Assembly (NCBI RefSeq): GCF_009834535.1
Contig: NC_045697.1
Location: forward strand, 71,426,001-71,490,000
Length of the DNA stretch: 64,000 bases
Source: Camelus ferus
Taxonomy: Eukaryota
Reading direction: 5' to 3'
Below the pieces are notes generated by a model. The model was given only the letters and a program-made list of their open reading frames with translations, was not told where the DNA came from and did not search any database. This document shows positions 26,624 to 38,869 of this stretch, in pieces. The translations under genes and the position numbers were made by a program. Numbering within the stretch: position 1 is the stretch's first letter; every line of letters starts with the position of its first letter.

Positions 26624-27939
26624 CTGGATTTGGAGATGATGCATTTTCATGCAAGTGACCAAATGCCATTGACCACTTTCTGTTCTAGGAGTCAAATGGG
26701 GAGTGCAGAGCAAAGCCAGTGAGAAATGGACGTTTTGCTCTATGACTATCTATATTTACAGACATCCTGTATTCCTTGCAAGCCATCTAGCTTTTAGCCA
26801 CTTCACATTTACACACCTCCCTGTCATTTTTCTTCTCAATATCTTATAGCCTTTGCTTTAACTTGTTACAGTTGCTCTTAAAATGCTTAAAGTCCATCGT
26901 TTTAAAGGACAGTAAAGTAACTCGTGTCTCAATAAGAAAATGCTAAATTCTTAGCTACATTTCTGGACCTTGCTTTCCACATTTCTTTAGTCAAGAAAAC
27001 AGAGCCTAGAGCATAAGGCTCATTCAGGGTATTGAGAGAGTGAGGTTTCCTTCCTGATTAACAGTTGACTAATTATGAGTTGCTATTATGCCTGGAGGGA
27101 AATAGCCACTGTTTTGGCTTTTATAAACTCTGCAGTGTCTAGGTGCCTTTTGAAAAACCTCATCCAAATACCAGTGAGATCTCCTCCTCTATTAGTCACT
27201 GCCCAGATTTTTCAAGTGGGAAAAAGCAAAAGCAAAACCAAACCAACCAACTGGAAAAAAAATTCAGTGGGTGCCTTGAGGCTTTGAGACAAGCTAGAAA
27301 TAGATCCACACCCTGCTATCCCTGGACATGATACACAGGAAAAAAATAGAACAATTGAAAATATTTGAGTCTGTTTCCTTTGAAAATTCAGTTTATATTC
27401 AGAGTTCACAAGGCTCAATAAGTACTGGGAAGTTCTGTGTGTGTGTTTTCTCTCTTTTTCTATGTAGTTTCCTAAAGAGCTCTGGAAGTAAGCTAGCTTG
27501 CTTTGCTGTTTGTGTTGTCACTACTGCTTTCTTGGAAAGATAAGCCACAGGTCCTTTTGTGACACTGGTAGCCACGTCACTGGCATTTACAAAGAGGCTT
27601 TTGCAAAGACATTGGCAACCTCATCTGCAAATCTGACTTTGGTGCTGATGGTGGTGCTGTCGAGGCCTACGGAATGACCTCCAGTCTTTGCTAAGGTTTT
27701 AGCACCTGCTGTTGATTATTTTCACCCTTTTCTACTAGAATATAATTCATGGTACTTGTAGAGCGTTAGAATCTTAAACCTCTCTCAAAAGACAGAAAGA
27801 GACATAATTCTATAAAAAATAGTTCTCAAATTCAAAATGCCCGGAAAGCCTACTTGTCATTATCCTTATGAAGTTATTTCAATAAACAAAACTCATTGTG
27901 CTTTCCTGTGGTTAATTCAAAGTATCTCATGTGTGGTAT

Positions 27940-29928
27940 TTTTTTTAACTTTTTTTATTGATTTATAATAATTTTACAATGTTGTGTCAAATTCCAGTGT
28001 AGAGCATAATTTTTCAGTTACACATGAACATATACATATTCACTGTCACATTTTTTTCTCTATGAGCTGCCATAAGATCTTGTATATATTTCCCTGCGCT
28101 ATACAGTATAATCTTGTTTATCTGTTCTACATTTTGAAATCCCAGTCTATCCCTTCCCACCCCCCACCCCCTTGGCAACACAAGTTTGTACTCTATGTCT
28201 ATGAATCTATTTCTGTTTTGTATTTATGTTTTGTTTGTTTGTTTGTTTGTTTGTTTGTAATTTTAGATTCCACATATGAGAGAGCCCATATGATATTTTT
28301 CTTTCTCTTTCTGGCTTACTTCACTTAGAATAACATTCTCCAGGTGCATCCATGTTGCTGCAAATGGTGTTATGTTGTCGGTTTTTATGGCTAAATAGTA
28401 TTCATTGTATAAATATACCATACCTTCTTTATCCAGTCATCTGTTGATGGACATTTAGGCTGTTTCCATGTCTTGGCTATTGTAAATAGTGCTGCTATGA
28501 ACATTGGGGTGCAGGTGTCATTTTGAAGTAGGGTTCCTTCTGGATATATGCCCAGGAGCGGGATTCCTGGGTCATATGGTAAGTCTGTTCCTAGTCTTTT
28601 GAGGAATCTCCATACTGTTTTCCACAGTGGCTGTACCAAACTACATTCCCACCAGCAGTGTAGGAGGGTTCCCCTTTCTCCACAGCCTCTCCAGCATTTG
28701 TCATTTGTGGACTTCTGAATGAAGGCCATTCTGACCTGTGTGAGGTGACATTGTAGTTTTGATTTGCATTTTTCTGATAATTAGTGATATTGAGCATTTT
28801 TTCATGTACCTGTTGATTGTTTGTATGTCTTCCTTGGAGAATTGCTTGTTTAGGTCTTTTGCCCATTTTTGGATTGGGTTTTTTTTTTTTTTTTTCTTAT
28901 TATTAAGTCGTATGAGCTTCTTGTATATTCTGGAGATAAAGCCTTTGTCAGCTTCATTTGCAAAAATTTTCTCCCATTCTGTAGGTTGTCATTTTGTTTT
29001 GCTTATGGGTTCCTTTGCTGTGCAGAAGCCTGTAAGTTTCATTAGGTCCCATTTATTTATTCCTGCTATTATTTCTGTTGCTTGGGTAGACTGTTCTAGG
29101 AGAACATTTTTGAGATGTATGTCAGATAATGTTTTACCTATGTTTTCTTCTAGGAAGTTTATTGTATCTTGCCTTATGTTTAAGTCTTTGATCCATTTTG
29201 AGTTGATTTTTATATATGGTGTAAGGGAGTGTTCTACCTTCATTGCTTTACATGCTGCTGTCCAGTTTTCCCAACACTATTTGCTGAAGAGACTGTCTTT
29301 ATTCCATTGTATATTCTGGCCTCCTTTGTCGAAGATTAGTTGACCAAAAGTTTGTGGGTTCATTTCTGGGCTCTCTGTTCTGTTGCATTGGTCCATATGT
29401 CTGTTTTTGTACCAATACCATGATGTCTTGATGACTGTAGCTCTATAATATCATCTGAAGTCTGGGAGAGTTATTTCTCCAGCCTCTTTCTTTCTCTTCA
29501 GTAATGCTTTGGCAATTCTAGGTCTTTGATGGTTCCATATAAATTCTGTTATGATTTGTTCTAATTCTGTGAAATATGTCCTTGGTCATTTGATAGGGAT
29601 TGCATTAAATCTGTAGATTGCCTTGGGCAATGTGACCATTTTAACAATACTGATTCTTCCTATCCAAGAGCATGGGATATCTTTCCATTTTTTAAAATCT
29701 TTAATTTCCTTCATCAATGGTTTATAGTTTTCTGTGAATAATTCTTTCACCTCCTTGGTTAGATTTATTCCTAGGTATTGTATTACTTTGGGTGCTATTT
29801 TAAAGGGGATTGTTTCTTTATTTTCTTTTTCTCTTGATTGATCGTTAGTGTAAAGAAATGCAACTGATTTTTGAACGTTAATCTTGTAACCTGCTACCTT
29901 GCTGAATTCTTCGATCAGCTCTAGTAGT
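27940..29928 (-). mobile_element. Recent 5'-truncated LINE-1, same lineage as 337-2911
   Basis: ORFs 28391..28729, 28989..29243 and 29586..29945 are ORF2p pieces ([32 protein letters not shown] knuckle). Colinear and highly similar to the first copy; no TSD found. Confidence 0.97.
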
Positions 29929-30507
29929 GTTCTATGGAATAACAAATGAGAGCTGCAATTCCAGTTTTATTTTAAAATTATTGTGATTTGTTAGAAATAT
30001 TTGTGTTGTGTTGATTACCAAAAACTAGAAGACATCTTGATTATTTTCATGACACCAATTTGTAATTAAATGCCCCAAGTTTTATTTTTTGAAACATTGT
30101 GTGGTTTTTAGTTCTGAAGCATTAGCAAGATAGGATTCAATAGCAAGTCATAAAAACAGGCCATTTAATAACTATTTCAAATAAACTATTTACTTTCAAA
30201 AATGATTGGCCCTGAAATATTTTCCTTTGAATCTTATAAATATAAAAGTAGGTAGAACTTTATATTAAAAAAGTGAGCAGAAGTAAACCAATAGTGATGA
30301 AAATTATTAAAAATAGAACACTTGGCTTTATGGTGGTGGTAAAGATTTTAGAGCATATCCTTAGTTCTGAGACAATTATTTATTAAAACAATGATAACTG
30401 TCATCAAGTATTTAAGTAGGTATTATGTGTATGGCTTGTAATAGAAACTTTATATCTATGCCTCTGAGCTCACATTGTAGCAGAAATAACAAGTTCAAGA
30501 TCACCAC

Positions 30508-31395
30508 TGTTTTCCCCTAAATGTTATATTGAGCCCAGTCCTATAGACTGTTAAGGGTTATACAAATAAATAGCTCTGTGGTGAAATCAATTTTGCAAAT
30601 ACTGTGCAAAATTTAAACTTGTCCTTTAATATAAAGCTTCTCAGTTCTATTTATGTGTTAATGTGAACTCTGGGTCTACAACAGAATGATCATTTATCAG
30701 ATTTGTTTGACAATTGTATTAGAGTTCTCCAGAGAAATAGAACTGATTGGAGGTATCTATCTATCTACCTGTCTGTCTATCAGTCAGTTTATTATAAGAG
30801 ATCGGCGCACATGAATATGGAGACTGGGGAGTCCCACAATCTGCTGTGTGCAAGTTGGAAGCCAAGGAAAGCTGATGATGTAGTTCCAGTCCAAACCCAA
30901 AGGCCCGAGAACCAGGGGAGTCAACAGGGGAATCATTAAAAATAACTGTGCAGTATCCCAGGGCCCACAAACCAGAGGACCTATGGTATATGGTTACCAG
31001 GGGGACGGGGGCTGGGAAGGGATAAATAATTGTCTTAATCTGAAGACCTGAGAACCAGGAGTACCAATGTCTAAAGACAGGAGAAGGTGGATGTTCCAGC
31101 TCAACTAGAGAGCAAATCTGCTCTTGCTGTACCATTTTGTCCTACTTGACCTCTCATTGGATTAGATGATGCTCACCTGCATTGGTGATTGGAGATCTTA
31201 TTTACTCAGTCTACTGATTCAAATGCTGATCTCTTTCTAAAACACCCTCATAGACATTCCTAGAAATAATGCATTACCAGCTATCTGGCATCTCTCAGCC
31301 CAGTCAAAGGTGACACATAAAATTAACCATCACAACCTTGGAACTCTTTTTTCATGACATATTCATGGAATTCCATGGATGTTCTTGTTGGCTGC
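30508..31395. mobile_element. MER103-like hAT remnant split by the MLT2 LTR
   Basis: Left part ...AGCTTCTCAG...ATTTGTTTGACAAT and right part ACCTTGGAACTCTTTTTTCATG rejoin to the MER103-like TTTGACCATGGAAC. Confidence 0.55.
30715..31334 (-). mobile_element. MLT2 (ERVL) solo LTR
   Basis: Termini TGTATTAGAGTTCTCCAGAGAAA and GACACATAAAATTAACCATCACA; internal (TATC)n; degenerate 5-bp TSD ACAAT/ACCTT. Confidence 0.92.
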
Positions 31396-31449
31396 TGGCA
31401 TATACTATATACATTACTATAATTATATATGTGTGTGTGTGTGTACACA

Positions 31450-31665
31450 CAGTTGATCCTTGAACAATGCAGTGGTTAGGGGTACCAACCCTCACAGTCT
31501 AAAATCTGAGTATAACTTTATAGTCAACCCTCTGTATCTTCAGTTCTACATCTGTGGATTCAACCAACTGTGGAATGTGCAGTGCTGTGGTATGTGTTTA
31601 TTGAAAAAAATTCACATGTAACTGGACCTGCGCAGTTCAAACCTGGCTTGTTCAGGGGTCAACTG
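31450..31665. mobile_element. Tigger2-derived MITE (MER8-like)
   Basis: TIRs CAGTTGATCCTTGAACAA (31450-31467) and TTGTTCAGGGGTCAACTG (31648-31665), with TA on the right flank. Confidence 0.92.
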
Positions 31666-31959
31666 TATGAAGGAGCTAAACTTTGCCATCAAAATGATGA
31701 AAGTATTTCAATTATGACATTTTTAGATAACTAAATTAAAAACTGTTTAGCTTCTCCATTTTAATAGGATATTGTTATGATACTTTATCTCATAAGATGT
31801 CTTTTCTTTCAGCAATTGTTGATCACTTATTTAAGCTTAAACTATTTAAACTTAACCTAGTTGTCAAAGTACATTCTTCTATAAGTTAAAAGTATAACTC
31901 TTGTTGACTGTTAATTACTCCAAGATCCAAAGAATAATGTATTGAGCTAGCAAAGATCT

Positions 31960-32502
31960 ATTGCAGTCAGGGAGAATACCAGCTTGACTGGGTCTTAGTG
32001 AGAAAGGAGACCATCTATTCCAACAAGGCATAGTTTTTAGCACTAAGAACTGGGATAACCTGTGCCAACCTGACTTCGTCCCAATAAATATTTGCTCCAG
32101 AAAGATAAGATTGCAAACCAATAAATATTTTCACTGTTTGCTTCAGGAAATTCACATAAATCAGTTTTCCTGAGATAACAATCTGCTTATCTGGGTAAAC
32201 AGCTCACTTACCAAATAGCAATTTACTTATGAAGACTTACTTCAAAACCTTCATCTCACTGCATCTACCAACCTCAAACTATAATGAACCATGTCCATTC
32301 TCAGTATTTCCTTCTCCCTAGAAAAATTTGAATGGTCCATCTTAAACCAGTTGAACTCAGAAGCCATAATTCTATAAATTATAAATCTCCTCAGCTCCTC
32401 CCTTTTGAGAGGAGGTCACATGGTATTCTGCTTTACTGTAGTGAGTTCTAATAACTTAAGCTTTATTAATTCATTGCTTGGTGATACTTTAGAGAATTCA
32501 AC
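31960..32502 (+). mobile_element. Old ERV1 LTR (MER89/90/110-like)
   Basis: AAATATTTGCTCCAGAAAGATAAGATTG, GACTTACTTCAAAACCTT, TATA-like TATAAAT, ends TCAACA; 5' boundary approximate. Confidence 0.6.
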
Positions 32503-32875
32503 ACAGGGTTCTTAAAATAGGGGAAATTAAGAATATTTTTAGGATTTTAGATTTTGAGTAGGGTGATTTTTAGGGATGGGGCAGAGTTTACATGTAATAA
32601 TTTTGGATTGGTGAGGATAGCAAAGCAAGGGTTTTGAAACAAATCTTGACCAGCAAACTCTTAGTCCTAATACATATGCTCTTTTCGTTGGCTTACAGTC
32701 TTATCTTTTAAGAGCAAATACATTTCATTGAGCAGGCAGGTAACTTTTTTTTTTAAACTTGGTTCCAGTGTTGTTTAATATAGGGACAGAAAAGTATGCC
32801 TCATCCTTTTAAGTATTCAACAAAAGGACTGAAAATTTGGTTTAAATGTCTAAAATAGTTTCAGTTCTCATTGTC
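32503..32875 (-). mobile_element. Second related old ERV1 LTR fragment, inverted
   Basis: CAGTCTTATCTTTTAAGAGCAAATA and AGGGTTTTGAAACAAATCTT are reverse-complement homologues of blocks in 31960-32502. Confidence 0.55.
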
Positions 32876-33055
32876 ATGCAGATAGAGAATGAACATGTAC
32901 TTGTTCATTGAAATAACTCATTGCAAGAGCATTTAAATATGATTAAATTAAAAGAAGATAGCAAGGTTAACTGTAAAAAATTGCTATTGTCCTACAGGAC
33001 AGTAACACTAACCTTTGCAGTTATCTTTCCTACTAAACAGAAATCATGTAACTTC

Positions 33056-33543
33056 TGTCATCTGAGAGAACACAATGTAAGAGCTGAGAACTGAGTTTCA
33101 TTCAGTGTCTTACTGGGAACTATAGCGCAGGAGACAGCCTCTCAGATAGCTCTGAGGAGCTGCTCTGGAGACGGGGGTGGGGAGGCAGTATATACATGAC
33201 TTTGGTTAAGGAGTACATGCCATCCAGCACTAGGTTATTGCTAATCAGAGGAACAGATATCTCAGTTAATGACTTTAGTTAATGATTTTTTTCTAAGTAT
33301 GGTAGGATGCAAGAATCTGGGTTCATAAAAAAAATTTTTTTGAAATATCCCTATCTAAGGGCCTGTTGTTTACCCTAAGGGCTTGTTGTTTGCCCTAAGG
33401 GCTTGTTGTTTGCCCAGAGCACAGAGTGTCTCATCTTGATCTCTGCCCTGAATTCTTTCTGGGTGGACTGTAGGTCAGTGACTGTAGTGACTAATGACTG
33501 AATTCTTGTAGAACTGGATGTCAGCAACATTCTTTGTTTTACA
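33056..33543 (-). mobile_element. Ungulate ERV1 solo LTR (MER41-like) with perfect 4-bp TSD
   Basis: TG...CA termini; CTTC at both 33052-33055 and 33544-33547; ACTATAGCGCAGGAGACAGCCTCTC block shared with the 26 kb LTR. Confidence 0.9.
33355..33414. repeat. 20-bp tandem repeat x3 inside the LTR
   Basis: CTAAGGGCCTGTTGTTTACC / CTAAGGGCTTGTTGTTTGCC / CTAAGGGCTTGTTGTTTGCC. Confidence 0.97.
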
Positions 33544-34199
33544 CTTCACGATAACTGAATTTTTGTCCGCATATAAATAGCAAGTTAAACAAAGATACAT
33601 TAACCCAGATAACTAAATAGTCTTTGGTTGGGCCTTTAAAAAAAGTGTTCCAGTAGGACAGTAAAAGATGGTATGCCACCATCTACTTGACTTATTTCAA
33701 GTTTTAGATAATTTTAAAAATACTGATGATGTGTCATTACAAAAGCAATAAATTCACTCATTTAACTACGTACTCCGCGAAGTCAAGGGCTCTGTCTCAT
33801 TACATTACATTAGGCTCCTGCACATAGTACATACTCAAGACATTCCTGCTGAATTGCCTTCCCTTCAGTCTCTAAAATTCTACATCCTATGTATTCAGAT
33901 GTAGCCCTGCTGATTCTGAGGTTTGTGATTCAAGGTAGTTACTTACACTGTCTCATTTCATGCTTTGCTTTTCCTCTTCCCAGTGACTGCCGTTACATTA
34001 TAGTTAATCAGAATGCTTTGGCATAAGTAAGTGAAAGAGAGATGAATGAATACAAATGATGCCTAAATGAAGTAATTTTCATAATTTCACCTGAATAACT
34101 AAAATATAATTTTAGATAGGGAAGAGTGAATTAAATGGACATTTATCTAAATATTTTAAATTGAGAAGAAATAGTTTTGTTTTGTTTTGTTTTTTCCAG

Positions 34200-35400
34200 G
34201 GAATGACCATCTCTGGTATGGCTACAAAGTATATGATATGGCTAAGAACTGTGAAATAAATTAGGGAGAGGGAAGCAACAGAGGTGAAAATGGTTTGAAG
34301 CAGGAATGTTTGTGTATCACAGTGGGAGGAGGGGAATATTAAGCAAAAATTGGGGGAAGTGGGGAAAAAACATAACTGGAGAGAATTTTATGTTTCAAAG
34401 CAATGGAAGTTTGGAGAAGTAAGTGAAATGACTTTTTCATAAACTAAAAAGCCAGAATGAGAAATTTGATTTGATTTTAGAAGTGTTGAAAATAGAACTG
34501 TCATATATTAGAAAGCTAAATTGAACACAGTGTTCAGGACGTAGAAGAAAGAGAGACTGAAATTAAATTGGCCAGTTGAGAAGCCATGGCAATAACTCAG
34601 ACAAGACACTAGGAGAGTTATGATTAAAATAAGAGGACGCATCTTAGACCTTTTGATGGATATGTTTACAGAATTTGATGACTGATTGTATATAAGAAAT
34701 GAAAAGAAGATAAAAATCAAAGATAAATCCAGGATTTTTTATGTTCATCTCTGAGATGAAGAGTTTGGTCTGTGGAGGTGGAATGGGGACAGAACTGTGG
34801 ACCCAGTTGAGACATAGCAAGTTCATAGTTTAGAGCATTCAAATTGTAGGGTGGATGCTGGGGGAACAGGCTCAAAGTTGACAAAGATATCAGAGGTTAC
34901 CATAGAGATCTGAGAATCAGGAATCATTCAACCTGTGGAAGTGGATGACGTTGCTCATGGAAATAGCACAGAAAAATAAGAGCAAATGGCAGGGTTTGAG
35001 GCCTCAAGAAAAGATAGGGAATCAAGAACAGACATTAGTTCAGCATAAGGAAGAACAGAAGAAAAGGTCCTGGAGAAAGATTATTAGATTTTGTGAGAAG
35101 AAAGCTATTCTTGGCCTTAGAAGTTTCACTTAGGGAAAGTAGATTGCAGATGAGCTAAGAAGAAATGTAAGGGTGAGGAAAAACAGCAATATAAAGAGAT
35201 ATGGACAATGCATTCAAGAAACCTTACAGAGAGATAATACTAGTTAGGGCATGGCATGGTGTGCATATGGGAGATGATGTTAAATGCAAGTGCATGCTAA
35301 AAATACAAACAAGGAAAAGATGGTTGAAGGAGTGCATTAAATTAGAGAAAGAAGTGAGTTCCCTCAGCAGTAAGGAAAGAGTAGGACCTGGATAGTAGAA
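34200..35400 (-). mobile_element. Degenerate L2 LINE fragments
   Basis: Purine-rich L2-antisense motifs (CAGAATTTGATGACTGATTG, AAAGATAAATCCAGGATTTT, AGATTGCAGATGAGCTAAGAAG, GGACAATGCATTCAAGAA). Confidence 0.6.
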
Positions 35401-36227
35401 TTAATTTTAGAGAAAAGATGTTTTTCAAACTGGATGGAAGGATAAGAGGATCAATACCAATTTCTATGGTATTGTTATATGTATATGTTATCAGAGAAAA
35501 AATTATGTAGATTATATTTAGATACAACAGGATGTGCACTCACTTTGGAGTGAGGCAATATTTGGGAGATGAAAGAAAAGAGTTTTCTATGGCAAAAGTG
35601 TATCTGGACATATTTAGTAAATCAGCATGGAGAGGTGACAAGATGCCCTTTCTTCCTACTCATTGCTATGGGGAGCTGGTAGTTCTTGGTAGAAAACTAC
35701 AAAGCTTTGTTTTATGAGCACAGAGGTCTTTTGGGCAGGAAGGGGCCAAGACCTGAAGGACTTTGCTGTAAAGTGAAAGGTTATCAAAATGTTTTGGATA
35801 GGTCAGGAATCTTTTAACAAGATTCCATGGTAAAGAAAGAAACAAGAGAGAAAGACAAACAATGGGCTGGTGCCTGAACTGAAAGTTGGAAGAATGAGGA
35901 TCTCTTAGGTGGTTTACACTGGAACTTGCTTTGACCCAGATGTCCTGCTGGCAACCTTATGTCCTAACAAGGAATCATATAGGTAAGTAAGTAAAAACCC
36001 AAGTTGTAAAGACCTGTAACACTGGGACTAGACCTATGGGACACTTGTTGCTGAGCATAAAATTGAAGACAGGTGTATTCTCCTTAGCACCTGAGAGAAC
36101 ACTGCAAGGCTAGCAATTGCAGTGAAAGGGCCTCGCATCAAATTGCTGGACTGTCCTTAGTTTAGAAATGAATGACACCCGCTGTACTCTTTGCAAGTAT
36201 TAGAGGTCCATTGTGAGAAACTGAGGT

Positions 36228-36246
36228 TAGCCAGCAGGGGGTGCTG
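36228..36246 (+). promoter_or_regulatory. CTCF-like motif
   Basis: TAGCCAGCAGGGGGTGCTG differs from the CCASYAGRKGGCRS core at one position (C>T, consistent with CpG decay). Confidence 0.5.
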
Positions 36247-36549
36247 TTTATATGTCAGATCTGACAGAGATCGGTCACAATGGGCACGCCTAACTTAGTG
36301 CCACCAGGTGGGTCCTAGAAGAATCTGTTCAAATGATGAATTGGTGGGGTTGGGGGGATCTTTATGAACCCTTGGAGAAGAAAACTCAACAAAAAATTAT
36401 TCTTCCTACCAGTTTGGACATATAGAGCTGAGTTGTCATAGACTGAACATCAGTACACTTGTGACCTGATTTTGTATCCAACCGTGGAGAAGCAGAACAG
36501 CGATACAGAAATCTGTACGGTTACAACAGAAGCTTGTATATATGCATGA

Positions 36550-36780
36550 CATTTAGAACACAGGTTTTGTTTTGACAGATTGTGCTTAAATTCTGGCTCT
36601 ACTATATACTAAAAAGTTGTGTGATTTTATGTGAATTATTTAAACTCTATGGGAGATTACATGAGAAAAATAATACCTGCTCTGAGATATTTTACTGAAT
36701 AACGCAGTTAGAGGATACAGGTCGGTGCCTGGCTCACTCTGGTGGTTGTGATTGTCAGGGTGGCTATTATTGTTATGATT
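36550..36780 (+). mobile_element. MIR SINE
   Basis: CAGATTGTGCTTAAATTCTGGCTCTACTA...GTTGTGTGATTT...TTATTTAAACTCT...TAATACCT. Confidence 0.65.
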
Positions 36781-38869
36781 AATTCTAACCCCATGTCAAT
36801 CAGCTACTATGATGAGCAAATTTCTGTTTCAGAGAGTTTGCAAATTTTGGAGTTGAATAGGTAATTTTTTTTTTTTTTTGGTAACTTGTCTGTGTTCATG
36901 ACCTAAAATGTGTGTCCCAACCAGGGATTAGTGCATTTGTCAGTGTGAGTGAGAGAGTGCTTTCCCACTCTTGATGATCTCCTTTCACGTGAAGGCGTCT
37001 TTAACTGTGGGATTCTCCTGGCCGCCTTTCACTCCCTTGCATGCATAGAGGATGATTTAATGCCTTACTTTGATGGATGAGTTTGCTAGCAAGAATTGTG
37101 TATGTGTATCTCCCCCATCTCCTCTCACTGGGATGTGAGCCACGTGTGAGGATCAGGCATCTCCCTCCCCTCATCCACACTGTGCATGCGTTCTGTGGGT
37201 GGCCCTGCATGTGAGGTCAGCAGCACCAGTGCCCAGGTACTGGGTGGGCAGGTCTGTCGTGTTCTGGATGTCCATGTTAGGTAGCCTACTTGCCCACACA
37301 TTTAAACCACATTTTAAAAAACTTTTTCTTGGTCATGGAAATTTTAATTTCCTCTTGGAAATATTCAGCTGTCACATGGAAGAGAAATAACAGGTGGCTA
37401 GTTATCAAAGACTCCCGTATATTGAAAATGAAAAAAATTTAAAAAGCTACCACTGAGAGAGAAGCCTAGGATTATGACAACGTCCCAGCCATCATTGTTT
37501 CTCCTAAGGGAAAGGACTTTATACCTAATCATGCATCTCACGTAATAGCAGCTGAAACTCCAGCCAAGGGCAATCTTAATGCTGCTATCATTGCCAGCAT
37601 TTTAGAATTTGCAAATTAGGTTCATGACAGCTTATGTCTTTCGACATTAACCATATTTGTTTTGAATAGGGACAAGAAAAGAAAGGAAATGATGTTAAGT
37701 GACTTAATTAGCTATTGTTTTACATTAAAAGTCTTTAATTCCTATAAAAATTCCGCAAGTTAAATAGAATGGATCCCATTTTACAGATGTGGAAGCTAAG
37801 GCTTTTGGAAAAAGGTAAAGTAACTTCATTAAGATTACGGGTTGGCAGGTTTTCAAGTTAGGATTTTTTCAGCTCAAACCAGACTTGTTCCAAAACTGAT
37901 GTTCTTTCCATTGTACCTTACTTTCTCTTTAAAATTAATACATTGTGAATTCAAGTCCTGTTCTACTTTCATTGTTTTGCTTAAGGTATTGACTTGGTTT
38001 TCATTCAGTGGCATTTGTTTACTTTAACCTAATAGTACCTACAGAGATATTGCAATTCCATTTCTAGTTTTAACCTCAAGGAATGAAAACGTAGGATGCT
38101 CAAATAGCTTCATTTCCTCAGCTAATAGGAAATTTGCGTAGACCACAATGCTGAGCACACCAAATCTGAGGATCAAAAGAATTTTAAATCCTACGTTCTT
38201 TAGAAGTTTACTTTGTTTTAATCTGCTAGTGTCGTTCATGTGGCTAGCAGCATGACTAAGTGCAGAGGACTGTTTTAATGGCTGAAATTGGTCCTTAATA
38301 AGGTGGGACAGGTATGCAAGAGAGAGAAATTATTTTCCAAGAGAATTGTCAAAAGAGGGGTATGAACTAATGGTCCACCAATGAGATTTGGGATGAATCT
38401 AGGTCTGCATGGGAGTAGTTTCTTAAAAGAGGTGTGTAGACTAAACACAACATTTTTCTGAGCCCTAAATGTAAACTGCACACAGGAATTAATAAAAATA
38501 AAAATAACATTTGAACATTTTCTTTAACTTTTCAGAACGCTGTCATTTTTACTGTAGTATCATACAGAAAATCTATGAAAAGTAATTTTTCAGGCTTGGT
38601 GAAATATTTTGAAAAACTTGCCAGGGAGAAATCTGATAGGTTGATCATGCTTGCTGTTATAAAACTGGCTATTCCCTTGCGAATAGTAACTTCTACTGTT
38701 TAATTTGGATTGCTTCGCCTGGAGGAGATAGTCTTGAATAGCTGACGAAACAGACTTATCTCCTAGAAATGTTTTTTTTTTTTTGTAAAATGGGCATGAT
38801 TGTTTCCTTTTCTTGAAAAATAGAACTACATCTTGAATGAGAAGAGTTGAACACGAGCAGAGAAGCAAT

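Noticed and set aside
33355..33414. Short direct repeats considered as a CRISPR-like array
   Set aside because: No spacers, mammalian context, and located inside an LTR.
38730..38770. SECIS-like TGA-N10-AAA pattern
   Set aside because: Helix II pairing and the 3' GA spacing do not fit, and there is no associated CDS.
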